A stretch of 64,000 nt of DNA from Octopus vulgaris (lineage: Eukaryota), in the NCBI GenBank assembly GCA_951406725.2, contig OX597836.1, positions 868,001 to 932,000 of the forward strand, written 5' to 3'. Under the pieces are notes generated by a model that worked only from the letters and a program-made list of their open reading frames with translations, made no database searches and had not been told where the DNA came from. Positions 12,723 through 27,059 of the stretch are shown one piece after another. The translations under genes and the position numbers were made by a program. The first letter of the stretch is position 1; each line of letters starts with the position of its first letter.

Positions 12723-12964
12723 TTTATCCCGACTGCACACACGCATATAGTTATACACACATGCGCGCGCGCGTGTGTGTGTGTGTTATAGTCGTTAAAC
12801 TCGTCCACATCTCTCACCATTTTACAAACGATAAATTCTTCTCTTCAGATCCTCGTCTTCTTTCTCTTCTCTCCCTTCTTTTCTACCCCCCACCCCCATC
12901 CCTTTGCTCTTCGTCTCTTTGTCTGAAATTTTCGTTTTCTCATTTTCTGCTTCTTTCATCATTC

Positions 12965-12999
<35 letters not shown>

Positions 13000-13814
13000 T
13001 CTGTCTGTCTGTCTACCTTCACGTATATCTCAATATATCTGTCCCGCTTTCAACTAAAATACTTCAGACCAGCAAAGTGTCCTGCCCAAGCCTGCACCAT
13101 TCAGCCATTCACAATGTCTATTTCTAATTAACGCTGATTACATGTGAAACACACACACACAAACACACACATGCAGAGAGAAAGAGAGAGGTGGGGGGGA
13201 AGGTGGTATTTTTGTTAATTATTCCTACGAATTCGTGTCACTTCTTTCTATCTCTTCCTCTCTCTCTCTCTCATCGTCTTTCTATCTCTTCCTCTCTCTC
13301 TCTCTCTCTCATCGTTTTGTACTTTTTTATCACTTATAAATCATGGCTTCCCTCGTTTGTTTACTTTTCCATATTTCTCTCTTTCCTTCTCTCAATCTAA
13401 TTGTTTCCTCTTCCTTCTCCCCGCGCCTTTCTTTCTTCTCTCTAAACCGTCTCCATTTTACTCTTTCCATTCTCTCTCTCTCTCTCTCTCTCTCTTTCTA
13501 TTTTCCCTCTCATTTCCTTTCCTTTCCATCTGCTTTTTTTTTATTCCTTTTTTTATTTTGCTCTTCCTCCCTCACTTCGTCTCTCCCTCTCAGCACCCTT
13601 TACCCCCTTACTCCTTCACTTTGTTTCTCCTTCCCCCACCTTATCTCATCCTTCAACTGTTTCTCTCTCTGCACCCCCTTCCCTTTCTCTCCCTCCACCC
13701 ACACCTATCTGTCAATCAATCTATACACATCTCCCTGTCTCCTCCTCCCACCACCACTCGTTCCCTCCGTTCGCCTCCACCTCCGCCCCAACCTCCTATG
13801 AAACAACAAGCGAC

Positions 13815-13990
13815 GCTCTTTTATATAGTCGAGCGGGTTGCTAGAAATAGCAGCCAAATTCCTCTCGTCTTAAGAAAATCCATCTTGGATAAAGAATTCC
13901 CTAGTTTATTGAATAAAGGAATAAAGATAGGATAGTCATGGGTGGAAATACCTTTGATCGTATGTCTGCACGATTAAGATTGATGTGAGA
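13815..13990 (-). repeat. Repeat family H copy
   Basis: gctagaaatagcagccaaatt...ggatagtcatgggtggaaatacctttgatcgtatgtctgc. Confidence 0.65.
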
Positions 13991-14456
13991 CTAAACTACG
14001 ACGAAAAGTACACCAACCGCCACCACCGCCGTCGCCATCTTTCTACCACTATTAAACCACCTCCTCCTCCTCTCCCTCCCTTCTTCCGCTTTCTCAACCC
14101 TTCGAAACCAATAATTAACTTGTAATAACAGTATAGAAGACGCTCGGCTTTTGTGTCTTCGGCGCTCATTATAACGATGATCTGTGACGGCGGCGGCGCG
14201 CATGCGTGCCTCTTGCTTAGGTGACTATATATGTATGCATGTCTGTATGTGCGTGTGTGCGTATGCGTGTGTGTGTATGCTTCTGGTTATTATGTGTATG
14301 CGTGTGACTGAGAGAGAGAGAGGGGGGGGGAAGAATTAGCCATCAGTACAGCTATGTGTGTGTGTCTGGGTGCGCGTGCGTGTTTGTCTGTATGTGTAAA
14401 TTCTTATATGTCTGTGTTTGTCTCAGAAAGAGCGAGACACACGCGTGCATACATAT

Positions 14457-14505
<49 letters not shown>

Positions 14506-15723
14506 TGTGTGTGTGCGTGCACGTGTTTGTGTGTGTTGTGTGAATCCATCTTGATGCTAAGCTGTTAAGTTCTTAGAGAGCAGAAAGTAGACAGAGCGAG
14601 TTGTTAGTCGACAGCGAAACCCGCCATCTGCCGCCTCGTAGGCGACAAAAATAAAGAAGAGAAGAAAAGGAAAGAGTACAGCATATTGAAGCAGAACTCT
14701 TCAACTGGTGGACTCATTACATGTCTTTTTATTCCGGTGAAATATTAAAAAGTCTCAGTTTATGCCACGATGGTGTTCTTGCCGATGTCTTCAGGTTTCC
14801 TCTTGAAAACATGGCCGGGTCGTCGTCGTAAGCAAAACTATTGTGAGAGCGTATGACGATGGGGTGGGGGGTGATGTATGTTGGGAGGTAGGGACGTAGT
14901 GTGAGATGGAGATAGAGGGCCGGGGTAGTGGATGTATAGTGTGTTGTGAGAATGTGTTGTGATTGTTATCTGTTATCAAGTTGTGAAGAATGATGACCAA
15001 AAGCACTTCCTTTGAGGTCTTTGCAATGTATAGGTACTCTGCTGTGAATTGAGGGAGATGTAACTGCTATTTTTAACAATTTGTGTGACATCGTAATGGT
15101 CCCCTCGTTAGCTCCTTGTGATATGGAACGGTGCATGCTGGTTTGTTGTGAAACGGGTAGAATCCACCAAAATACAAATTGGACTTAGTCATCCATCTTT
15201 CTGAAGTTGATAGACTAACGTACTAATCAAGCAATGGTGTCGATTTAATAGACATATACACCCCACCCACCCACACACACATCAAAATATGATTGAGATC
15301 ATAAATAAACAGAATTGAATTTAATGATATCATTATTGTAAATCGCTACAATCACTCTGGTCCAGCAAATAAACTCTCAATGTCTCGTCTGTTTATCAGT
15401 TTAATCAACCTCTCCTTAGAATATTTTCTGATGCTTCCACTTCTTTCTCAACACATCCACAGCTCACACGCGCGCACGTGTGTCATACCTGAATTCACAT
15501 GTTACGTGAATTTTGTTTGGTTCCCTTCTTTTTTGTCAGAATGACACGAGAAACTAGTGGCTGTGCTGAGATTATAAAACAGTAGATTAGCAAGCTCGAT
15601 GAAAGACGGAGAGGCAGAGGCGGGGAGAGGGGAAGAAAATTTATGGGAAACGCACTCAGAGGTTTGGAGAAATAAACAGGAGAAATAGAACTCCATGTAT
15701 GCATACATACATACATACATACA

Positions 15724-15749
<26 letters not shown>

Positions 15750-15759
<10 letters not shown>

Positions 15760-15925
15760 TTCTCCACCACTGCGAACTGATGTTAGTCTATTTACGTCCC
15801 GGCAACTTAGCTGTTCGGCACAAAGGAACCGAAAGTAAAAGTAGCAGACTTAAAAAGTAAGTACTGAGGGCAATTTATTCGACTAAAGCCTGTAAGGTGG
15901 TGCCCCAGGTCAAAGAAAGTGAAAG
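15750..15925 (+). mobile_element. SINE family A 3' half, degenerate
   Basis: tttacgtcccggcaacttagctgttcggca...gactaaagcctgtaaggtggtgcccca. Confidence 0.7.
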
Positions 15926-16419
15926 GTTACAAATACATAAATATTTGGTGGGCGGGGGTGGGGAGAAGAAGAAGGGAGTCAGAAAGAAGACTGAGGAAGT
16001 AGGAATGGAAATAGCAAAGGATAAGAATAACAGAAAGAAATTACTTTGGGGCAAGAAGTACGTTAATAGATATTTAAAGGAGGCAGAAATAAACCCCTTA
16101 CTTTTTGACGGGTACTATATTACACTAGTACACACACACACACACACACATACACACACGTGTGCATATGTGTATGTACACACACATAACTTGAACAGTC
16201 TCTTCACTACTTCTCTCATTCTGTCTCTCTCTCTCTTTCCCTCTTCTTTTGCCTTCTCAGTCTTCCTAATCGAAACCTTCAGATGTTCACTCGCATCCCG
16301 GAGTCAGGTCTGCGTAAGATGGCGGAAAGTAGAAAAAAAGGGGGGTGGGGTGGGATTCTATGGCAAATGAAGGAGAAAAAGATTTCTTGTGTTGAGTGTT
16401 GAATTGTTAGAATGCCACA

Positions 16420-16545
16420 CAGTTTGGAGAAGTCAGCATCGTTCATATCGATCCTAGTATTGGACTGGTACTTTACTTTATTGTGCCCCAGAAGGATAAA
16501 CATCAAAAACGACATTTGTGGGATTTGAACACAAAACCTACGGGA
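16420..16545 (-). mobile_element. SINE family B fragment
   Basis: atcgatcctagtattggactggtactttactttatt...gatttgaac. Confidence 0.55.
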
Positions 16546-16826
16546 AGATATTCGTTTATTTACCTCAAGCACAATACGATATCTATTTAAATGCACGAGG
16601 CATGCCTTGAGGCGAACAGCTATTATCTCAAGATAATTATGTTGGAGAGTGCACACAGTCTATATACACAACAGAAAGGCACACATGTATAACACACAAA
16701 TAAACATACACATATATATACACTCACTGCAAACACGGACTATAAACATACACACGTGAGTGGCTTAAAGGAGAAATGATAAATATAATACATACATAAT
16801 AAATATGGCTATACGCGCGCGCGCGC

Positions 16827-16871
<45 letters not shown>

Positions 16872-17419
16872 CGTGTGCGTATATATAACGTAAATTGAAA
16901 GGTTTGTTGAAGGAGGCGGGAAGTAGTCTGTTTGAAATGAAGTATCTCCAGTGTCGCCCGACCCACTGCGTCCCTTTCACACACACACACACACACACTA
17001 TTTCAAGCTGCTGTCATTCCCCCTCACACACACACACCGCCGCCCTCTTGACGTGACCTACAGCGGCTCATTCACCTCGTCCTCCTGTCAAGATACCAAA
17101 TGAAGATCAGACAGAAAGAAGACGACAGAAACCAAACAACCAAATAATAGCAAACGATAATAATAATAATAACAGAATAGTTAAAAGAAAAAGAAAATAC
17201 GTCGCCCACCTTCACCACTTCAGAACGCCCTCGTGCCCAGAAAGAACGCCCAGTGTTACGCCCAAATTGACCCGACATACACCGGGTTTACTTTTCCTTG
17301 TTCTTATCTATTTTATTCTTCCGATCATTTGTCGTCACCAAACCGAAAGTAATACATCACAATGAGCGACTGCTTCTGGATTAACATTTATATTCGTGGA
17401 TTTCGTGTTGACAGAATTG

Positions 17420-17585
17420 TTAGAGAAACGGAGAAATAAAATACGTTGCCATATTTTGTACTGACTCTTTAAGTCGCGCGTTCAAATCCCGCCAAAGCTA
17501 ACCTTGCCTTTCATCGCTCCAGGGACAATAAAATAAAGTACCTGTCAAATACCAGGGCTAATGGCATCGACTTTTCCACCTCCCT
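17420..17585 (+). mobile_element. SINE family B, degenerate
   Basis: gttcaaatcccgccaaagctaaccttgcctttcatc...aataaagtacc. Confidence 0.65.
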
Positions 17586-18411
17586 TCACTGAAGGTTTTT
17601 GACCCAACAGGCAATCTTAAAGGTCAGCTAAATCACACTTCGGTAGAAGACATCACGTAACGAAACAAAAGTTGGCTAAAAATATCACCAAGGTACAACA
17701 ATGCCACTCGTAGTTAAGATTGTCCAGAGATAAAGGTAGATAATGTCCCTGTTTTTTGAATACATACATGTATATCAACGCGAGAAATACTGGTGGAGTA
17801 GACCCATAAAAACTTGCTGAAAGTGCAAACACAATAAAGTCAGACATCGTAGTCTGGGAAAGAAGACATTACGTCCACGCTTAATGTTAAGCTGCACAGA
17901 AGATGTGAACAATTTGTAGGAAACTCAGTGAGAAGGAAATATTAATGGACAGTGGCTTCGAAAACGTCATCTTCTCTTTCCTGATTATAAATTCACATTT
18001 ATTACCATAGTTATTGGGGCATCCAGCGCTTATTAAATATTAAGTGACAACGGAGAAAAACTCATTTTTCGAACAGAGAAAGCGACCGGCTAACACGCGC
18101 ATCAGAAATGTATTCTGTCAGTAGAATAATAATAGCCTGCAAGACTTTAGCAAAGCTTAACTCTTATCACTGTTGTTCTCCATATTCCAGCGATGAAATT
18201 TTGTTTCCTTGTCAGAAATCAGTTCTTTCTTTCAAGGTGAATTCTAATAATTACCAAAGAAAAGCAAACACGTTTATAATACATTCACCCATGCATGGTA
18301 TACACACACACACACAGAGGCACTCACGTATGGTTAGATAAACAATCAGGTTTTACGATAAGGAAATCCAGTTTCGACAACCATTCTCTTGGACATAAGA
18401 TGTTAATTGCG

Positions 18412-18468
<57 letters not shown>

Positions 18469-18478
18469 AAATAATATA

Positions 18479-18522
<44 letters not shown>

Positions 18523-18646
18523 ATGTAATCAGAAAACTATGAAAATTTAGTCAGTCGAGCATATCAAACAACTGAATAAATAAATAAGATATTTTTCCTC
18601 GGGTTTCTGTGTAAACAGTTTTGTTGGTTAATTTCCATTTTACTCA

Positions 18647-18690
<44 letters not shown>

Positions 18691-18798
18691 TTCATAGATA
18701 CATACATATGCACGCATACATAAATAAGCACACACACATTTATACAAACAACCATAGGTACATATGTGTGTGTGTGTGTGTGTGCGTGCGCACATGTG

Positions 18799-19131
18799 TA
18801 AGCAAGTTAGGCAGATCAATAAATAACGTATACTGAATACATGAAATACAAAAAAAGTGTATAAATGTTTCCACAGAAAAAGCTCCCACTTACACAGAAT
18901 ACAAAAGATAGAGGAGAGAGTTGAAGGGGTCGAAGTAAAGTACTCCACTCCAACAGTATTCAAATGACATACAAATGCTGCAAGTGTAATACTTCACTTC
19001 AACTCCTTCAATTTTCTCTATCTTTTGTATTCTGTGTAAGTGGGAGCTTTTCCTGTCTAAACATTTAAACACATTTTTTTGCATTTCATGTATTTAATAT
19101 ACTTTATATATTGATCTGTCTAACTTGTTTA
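18799..19131. mobile_element. Foldback (MITE-like) palindrome of about 333 bp
   Basis: Arms of about 160 bp are reverse complements; 18878-18913 pairs perfectly with 19016-19051 (36 bp). Confidence 0.9.
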
Positions 19132-19249
19132 TCCTTATATTTATTTCTAAACCCCATCAAGTTTAAATCTCTTGAGCCCTACTCAGTGTATTGCATACAC
19201 AGAATATTTGATTCTTATTTATGAACTATGTACACACACACACACATAC

Positions 19250-19289
<40 letters not shown>

Positions 19290-19721
19290 TGGTTCCCAAC
19301 CTGTGGTCCGCTAATGTGGTACTGGGAGTTCGCAAACATGGTAAGCTGAGAGATCTTTCAATATCCTGGGGTCTGTGGGAAAACTCATTTAAATACACAC
19401 ACGTAAACACATACGCATATACACATTTCTGTCTGTGTGTCAGTGGTTGTAGAAGGTATCCATTGACACAAGAACCAACAGAACTGTGAAAATATTTAAG
19501 TAATTAACATCTGTTAATTACTCATTTTGAATATAATCTGTGAAGGAACAACAATTCCAACCGAAACGAATAAAGTTTTTGGCGTTGGATTTCTCTCTCT
19601 CGCTTATCTCTGATGAAAGATGTTAATCTAAGCTTATCTCAGTATAACTTTGCAATGATCTTCAAATCCTGAATGGATCAGTTGACGACTGAATTGATTT
19701 GTTGTTGTTTTTGTTGTGCGA

Positions 19722-20045
19722 AGGGACGTGGTTCAGTGGTTACGGATATTCGCCTCACAATCCTACGGTCGTGAGTTCAATTCCAGGCGACGCATTGTGG
19801 CCCTTCAGAAAAAAAAACATTATTTCACTTTGCTCCCGTCCGTTCATCTGGCAAAAATAAGTTGCACTTGTAATTCAAAGGGCCCAACCTTGTCACATTC
19901 TGCGTCACGCTGATTCACCATAAGAACTGCTTTAAGGGTTCGCGTGTTTGTGGAGTACTCAGCCATTTGCATGTTAATTTCACGAGCGGGTTGTTTCGAG
20001 GATCGGATTAATTGGAACCGTCGTCGTCGCAACCGACGGAGGACC
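19722..20045 (+). mobile_element. tRNA-derived SINE family C, full length
   Basis: gtggttcagtggttacg...gagttcaattcc head; body tatttcactttgctcc...gtggagtactcagcca...tcgtcgtcgcaaccgacgga; homologous to 25327-25632. Confidence 0.85.
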
Positions 20046-20099
20046 GTTTTCATTGCGATAACGGAGGGTGTGATTGCTTATTCTAGTATTATTGTTGTT

Positions 20100-20298
20100 A
20101 TTGTTTAAATCCAGGTCGGACCCGTTTATGCCCCACGGTTTTCAAAGGCATTTCAATCGTGACCATCCCATTATTATTTCAGGAATAGTGTACCTGAGAC
20201 TATATTATTCAAGGTGTTTAAAATACTAGGCTGCGATATGTGGGAGATTTGGCTGCTATTTCTAGAAGACCGAGCGACTACAGAGACTCCATCCGTTG
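20100..20298 (+). repeat. Repeat family H copy
   Basis: caaaggcatttcaatcgtgaccatccc...gggagatttggctgctatttctagaagaccgagcgac. Confidence 0.7.
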
Positions 20299-20319
20299 TG
20301 GTATGCAAAGGGTTTGTGC

Positions 20320-20456
<137 letters not shown>

Positions 20457-21069
20457 CATAGGTGCAATAGCGACTGCTCAGTGTCGAGAATCTGTTGCTG
20501 CTTTGCCATCAGGGATTCGGCAAAGCAGATGCCTCCAAATGAGACAACAAAAGCAAGGGGCTGGGTCAGGGGATGCGTGGAAAGGGGGACAGATGGGGTC
20601 TGTTTGCTGTCTGTCAAAGAGGACTCGAATTTAACCAATAACGTATAAGGCCCTTCTTCACCTAACAACGTGTAAACATAATGGGCGGCAACACTAAGAG
20701 ACATCCTGCGACAGAGGCGACACCAACGGCAACAGCTGTGTATGCGCGCGCGCGTCATGGGAAATGGTTTGTGAGTGTGTACTTTTCTGTTGAAGTACAC
20801 ATGGTATATATATACATATATATATATATCTTGTCATTTGTATTATGTATTCCTGTGCTGCCGTATATATGTCGATCGTGAACACACGTGTGTGTGTGTA
20901 TTCACGTATGCATGCATGCATGTACATATACATACACACGCGCCCTCACACACACACATACATGTATGTAGGGCCAATCAATAACGAAAGACAAAATCAT
21001 ATACAAAAACCGACAGTCTAAGGGACGTTCACACCTGATATGATGTTGAGGTGCGCGCGTGTATGAATG

Positions 21070-21210
21070 TCTCTTGTATTGTTCAATTATTATAAATCTT
21101 CCACTGAGGAGGGAATCGGTTTGCAACAAAGATACAAGGCTCCATCTTTGGGATGAAGTTAACACAGACAAATTCACAATGGGAACTTGAGAAAAGTCTT
21201 GTATATTTTT
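21070..21210 (+). repeat. Repeat family G copy (related to 59085-59190)
   Basis: gaatcggtttgcaacaaagatacaaggctcc versus gagccggtttctaacccagactcaaggtttc. Confidence 0.4.
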
Positions 21211-21490
21211 ACTGTTTCACTCGCAAGCATGTATGTATGTATGTATGTATATATGTAACTTCTATCTATCTATCTATCTATCTATCTACCTATCTATCTA
21301 TCTATCTACCTACCTACCTGTCTGTCTGTCTATATCTGTCTGTCTGTCAATCTATCCTTTATTATTTTTCTCCTCTTGATTGTCCCGAAACCTCTGTCTA
21401 TCTGTCTCTCTCTCAGTCCATTGCCTCCCCTCTTTGATTTTCTTTCTCTCCTCCCCGCCCAAAGCAAATAAACACACACACACACACACA

Positions 21491-21551
<61 letters not shown>

Positions 21552-22950
21552 GCATACTCTAGTAAACACCTTCGACTGGCGGGTTTAACCAGGGGAGGGT
21601 GGCCAGCGGTGGAGATGTAACAGTTTGTGAGTTAGGGCTTGCTTTCCTATGCATGTGACAAGTGGGTCCGGTAGATTCTGCGGAAGAAACGTCCATGGTT
21701 GGGGAGGAGGGCGGTCACAGCTAGAAAATGTGGCTGTGGAGAGAGTAAGATGAGGCCAGCAAGAGACTTTGTTTGCTCAGTCATTGCATCCGTCTTCATT
21801 CTCATTCCTCTTGATCTGGTCTTGCCACTGGATTGAAGATGGTCACAGACGACTGAGTGAGGTTGATGGTGCGAAACTCTTTGTCACTTTAATCAAAGTT
21901 ACCAGGCAAGTCATCAGTCATCTCTCAGGTGACTAAATTGCCACCGTCGCTCCTGATGGACGAACATGTAGGTCTATTTGCCTACATACTGATAGTTAAA
22001 TATAGATACATATATATGCGCACGTGGAAAGAAATATGAAGCATATGGCATAATAGAAGACAGCAGTTTCGCACGATGTATTTCATGCGAAATACGGTGG
22101 ACCTCGAAGGAGATAAAGCTATAAATGGCAACGGGTAAATATTAAGTTAAAAGCCTTTTGAAAAGAAAATGTTGGACTGGTGGGGTAGAGAGAAATTCGA
22201 AAGATTGTTGTGGTCCAGCGGCAGAACGTCCGTCATGTGTAATGAAGATGTAGGCTGCAGTCTCAGGGGCAGCTTTCGATAGTTTTATCAAAAAGGAATT
22301 ATTTATATATATACATACATACGCACACACGCACACACACACACACTATTATTTGTTGCATCATCTACCTCGAGTCCCACTGACTTATTTCCCGCCTCTC
22401 AAAGTTTCTGAATTCTTACGACATAAATACTACCCCCCCCCCCCCTCCACACACATATGACATTTCCAGAAAGTGATTCCTCCCCCGATCCTCGAACTTC
22501 GCATCCCAGGTGGTGGTGTTACTCGTTATGCCACCAGTTTTCTTAGAGTCACTTAACAGCCAGCGTGTCGGATTATTCTACTGTTTATCAAAGAAATTCC
22601 ATCCATGATGAGAATCAACTACAAGAATATGCATACTTATTAATTAGTAATAAAGATTTAAATAAATAATGTAAAACATATGCAAATATTAATTTTTCGC
22701 AGATATTAAAGGAGCGCTGATATCTTTTGCATTCAGAGTCTATGACCAGTTGTCGAATGTTACATAACGTGGCGTTCATCTGCCTCTATCATCGTTTTCT
22801 ATTCAGAAGGTGAGACCGGAAAGCTTTGGAAATTGAAATGTTAATCGGCTGAAGACCGTCACTGTTCCAAGATAAACAGGAAAAAAAAACAAACTAAAAT
22901 AGTAATAGAAAAAAACTTTTAGTAAAAGTAAATGAAACTCAAAAACAGTC

Positions 22951-22990
<40 letters not shown>

Positions 22991-23045
22991 GACTAAATTT
23001 CCAGTAAATATCGGTACTTTGTTGTGCCATTTATTTACTAATTTG

Positions 23046-23076
<31 letters not shown>

Positions 23077-23440
23077 AGAGAGAGAGAAAGAAAGAGAGAG
23101 TCATTCGTGTGTATATGGAGAATGTCTTTATCAATTTCCGTCCATCTATCAATCTGTCTGTTTGTCTACCTGTATATCTACCTTATCAATCCATCTACTC
23201 TCTACCCACCTGTCTATCAACATAGCCGCCTGTCTGTCCTACACTTCTCTATACCTACCTAACTTCTTTTTCTTGTTATATGTCCCTGCCTGTGAGTCTC
23301 TCTCTCTCCCTCTCTCCCTCCGTCTCTCTATCTGCCTCTCTCTCTCTCTCTCCCTCCCTCTCTCTTTGGCACCTCTCAAGACGGTGAGGTCGCCGACATC
23401 TTCCTCGCTTTCTTTCTCGGTGTCTTTTTTTGCTAATCAG

Positions 23441-23515
23441 CAGTTTAACACACAACATCAACTTCCTGCTAGAAAACATGAAGCGTATCCGGTTTATATA
23501 TACCTGGGTGTCCAG
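23441..23515 (+). other. Candidate exon (75 or 72 nt, NAGNAG acceptor)
   Basis: Long polypyrimidine tract, tttttttgctaatCAG/CAG acceptor, CAG|GTAAGG donor; contains aaaacATG opening MKRIRFIYTWVS. Confidence 0.4.
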
Positions 23516-23694
23516 GTAAGGTGGGTGCTGGGCGCGTTGTGCGTAGGACGGGGTGGAGCGGGTGGAGGTCGAATAAATAGAATGTGGGTGTCTTGCTGTT
23601 TCGGCTGTTTTCTTGGCTTCCTTTCTTTTGTTTGCTTAACTTGTTTCAATGGCATTCAGGAATTTCGAAGACACAAACACAAATATACACGTAA

Positions 23695-23761
<67 letters not shown>

Positions 23762-25326
23762 TGTACACGTAAACGCACACACACATGCAATCACATTCAT
23801 CTAGTTAGGGACACACAACCACACAAGGAAACACATACATATACGCATATATTTGTAAATATACGCAAATATATTCAAGTGGAACAGTACACAGATATAG
23901 TGTAAATTTGCATAATTTAAAGACAAATGAGCGAGGAAAGATAACTGCAATTGGCCCAGAAACGTGGATATAAAGAGGAATAAACGTAAATGGAATATCA
24001 TTACAGATCAGTTCCTAATTTATTGCTGTTATCTCCCTTTCGAGAGGAAAATAAACAAATACAGAAACAAATATCACGTGGCAATTGCGATTAATTCCGA
24101 TTTGAAAGGGAGATAATCTAAAGCAAAAAATGAATTCCTGAAGAAGAAATATCGAGAAAGAAAGAAAAAAAAAACCCAGTTTGATTGTCTGGAGACAAGA
24201 GGAAAGCTTTGAACGTGTTTCTGTCTCAATAGGCGTCTTCAGTTTAGCAGTTGTCCTACTTTGAATCCAGCAAATGGGGTTTACAAATTATGCTTGACAA
24301 TAAATGTCATCATCTCTATTTTTATATATTTAAGTTTACAAAACAGTATCTTTTGGCTGCATTTTCACATCGTCGACGACTTTTGGGGCAACCTTTCTTC
24401 AAATGCAAGAATATCGAGGGAATCGTTGCGCTCTACAATATTTATTTTTTTCAGTATGTGTGGTCCATTGAAAAGTTCGTCTGTTGCTCGACTCCAACAA
24501 TTAATCGAATTTTCGTTTCCATGGCACCAGTAATAATAATGATCGTTTTTATTCGCTTATCTTTCTGTATTGGAAAATTCCGTAACATTGAGATTAGTCC
24601 AGGCTTTTAGTGACGGGGCAGATATCATCTACTCCAGCGTGTGGACTCAACGCGATATCTAAAAGGATGAGTGTTAACACAAATACTGTATGGTTAGTGA
24701 AAGAAGAGAGGTGGATCTACCGGAAGTTTCTATCTTGGTTTTATGCAATGAAAAGGTGTAAGTAATTGCCCGAGTATAATTTCGATTAATCAAAATTCAG
24801 TCCTTTTATCGCAAAGGTAATTCAGTCTTTTTATTACCGAAAAAAGAAAGATGATCAACATCTCTGGACTTGAAATTTCGAAGAATATATGAGCGCATTC
24901 TGCGGATCATATCGACTTAATTGTTAATGAGTGCGCCTTAACTTCGGTTACACCAAAGACCCAATATATTATTTGATGTTACGTGAAGAAGCTCTCCCGA
25001 GGGATTAGTATATAGCTAATCATATTCGCATTTCCAAAGTTTAAGAACATTTTCATTTTTGTCATTCGAATCCCATCACATAGATCAGAATGCAGGTCCG
25101 TTCGATGAAATGTTCCATTGAGGACTTTTTGAGGACTTTTTGGCGTTCAAGCCATTTGCTAAGCATCTTCCGTTTGATGTCATTTTGCAACGCCATTTAT
25201 GCAAAGAATAAACTCTTAAAGACTCCCATTGAATTCATCTTGTCGATTACAAAGTGTTGGACTCTGTCAGGCAAAATTTAATCCACTACACTTGCTTTCT
25301 ATGAACTCAGTACTGGATAATTAAGA

Positions 25327-25632
25327 AGGCGCATGGGTTAGGGAATAGTGTATTCAAGTCACGATCCTAATGTCGTGAGTTCGATTCTCAGCAGCGTGTT
25401 GTGTCCTTGAGCAAGGCACTTTATTTCACTTTATTGCTCCAGTCCACTCAGCTGGCAATAATGAGTTGTACCTGTAATTCAATGGGCCAGGTTTATCACA
25501 TTCTGAGTCATGCTGAATCTCACTGAGAATTTTATTAAGTGTACGCGTGTTTGTGGAGTACTCAGCCACGAGAAGGCAGTTCCGTTGGTCGAATCCACTG
25601 GGACACTCGTCGTCGCCACCGACGGAGCGCCC
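25327..25632 (+). mobile_element. tRNA-derived SINE family C
   Basis: gagttcgattctc...gttgtgtccttgagcaaggcactttatttcac...ctccagtccactcagctggca...cgacggagcgcc. Confidence 0.85.
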
Positions 25633-25639
25633 ATCGCTT

Positions 25640-25975
25640 GGTTAATTCCTTGAGAAGAAATGCTGTGGTCGACTCTGTCAAAACCTCTGCTCTAGTCAAG
25701 GTAAGTGACATCTGTGTTGTAATCGATTCCCACAGCATTTAAAATCTCATTAAACTGGAGCAGAAACTGAATTGGGTGAACTTTTTCATCAGAAAAATCT
25801 TGCTGGTTGCTGTCTGCAGGATGATTTCTCTCTGGCAAGGTTGTTATTTCTAATTTGAACATAATGTCGAATACTTTAACGATAGGAGCCATTAATGAGA
25901 TCGGACGCGAATTCACTGTGCACGGCGTATTGACCCGAGGAGAATTAATCAGTACCAGAGTCGACTGCAAGAATT
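25640..25975 (-). pseudogene. Fossil non-LTR retrotransposon (CR1/L2-like) reverse transcriptase N-terminal fragment
   Basis: Translation NSRPISLMAPIVKVFD...ERNHPADSNQQDF...DVTYLD*SRGFDRVDHSI matches the LINE RT motifs NYRPISL / NQHGF / DVIYLDFSKAFDRVDH; in-frame stop. Confidence 0.85.
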
Positions 25976-26055
25976 TACTCTGAGAAAAACAATAGCTTGT
26001 TAAAACTGGTCTGGTCTTACTCGTAGGGACCCACCATTCTACCTACCTACCTACC

Positions 26056-26093
<38 letters not shown>

Positions 26094-26389
26094 CGCTACA
26101 CTTCCATCCTACCATCCTGGTTGTGTGATCCCTACTAAATCGAAACACAGATACATTCTATTGTTCTGTAATAATGACATGAAAACCAGTACGACTGGAC
26201 TAACCACTTTGTTCAAGGGTTTACGATTTAGTCTTTTGGCCTCGTCTTCTCTCTCACACGCGCTCTGTCTGTCTGTCTCTCTCTCTCTCCCCATCCTGCA
26301 TACATATTTAAACACACACACGTTATAACTTATGTGTGTGAATACGCGGGTTTGTTATTCCCAGTCTATTTTTCAGAGACCTTGACACA

Positions 26390-26458
<69 letters not shown>

Positions 26459-26759
26459 ACACGCCTAAAATTATTTTCGCAATATAAAATTTGTTTACTC
26501 TCTCCTCCGTGTGTGCGCGCGCGTTTATATATATCACTCTGTGTCTGTCTGTCTGTCTGTCTCTCTACATGTAAAATGCGAGTCATTGTTTCGTACGTTT
26601 GTAAACACTTTTATATGGAAATATTTTAAAAGAATTCTATCATTTCGACGTACGTGGGTGCCTGCGCACATGCATGTGTGCGCGCACACACACACACACA
26701 AATATATATATAAATATATGCATATATACATACATATATGCACATACCTACATATATAT

Positions 26760-26975
26760 ACATGCATATATGGGTACAGGACACCAAAAAAACGTTGAAC
26801 ACAATGAGAAACGAAAACATAAAAACGAACTTGTTTTCAAACAACGAAAAACAGAGTACGAGACATACAACACAAGGAATATTCCCCTTCTTCAGTTGTC
26901 CCTGTTTCGTCTACTCCGTGTTACGAAGGTAAGGACAAGACGCAACTTCGTTGAAACAGTCCTTCCCGCAAAGCA
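26760..26975 (-). mobile_element. Interspersed repeat family E copy containing CTGAAGA
   Basis: Homologous to 2878-3045 in opposite orientation. Confidence 0.65.
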
Positions 26976-27059
26976 AGAGGGAAGCCATCTTTCCGACTGC
27001 TATCTTCAACGAGTCAAGACGGCTTACCCTGTCCTTCTCATAAGCTGGGTCTTCAATGC

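Noticed and set aside
14160-14185. Partial resemblance to the reverse complement of miR-2001
   Set aside because: The seed end mismatches and there is no hairpin; I recognised no conserved miRNA anywhere in the window.
21560-21975. GC-richer block with CTGAGTGA...GAAAC...GTC, possibly a LINE 5' region or hammerhead
   Set aside because: The core spacing is non-canonical, stems do not pair, and I cannot assign a family.
25695-25706. Strong AAG|GTAAGT donor
   Set aside because: It lies within the antisense LINE RT fossil and has no matching acceptor.
26896-26928. 33-nt exon-like segment (cttcttcag|...AAG|gtaagg)
   Set aside because: It falls inside repeat family E, so the signals are probably repeat-derived.
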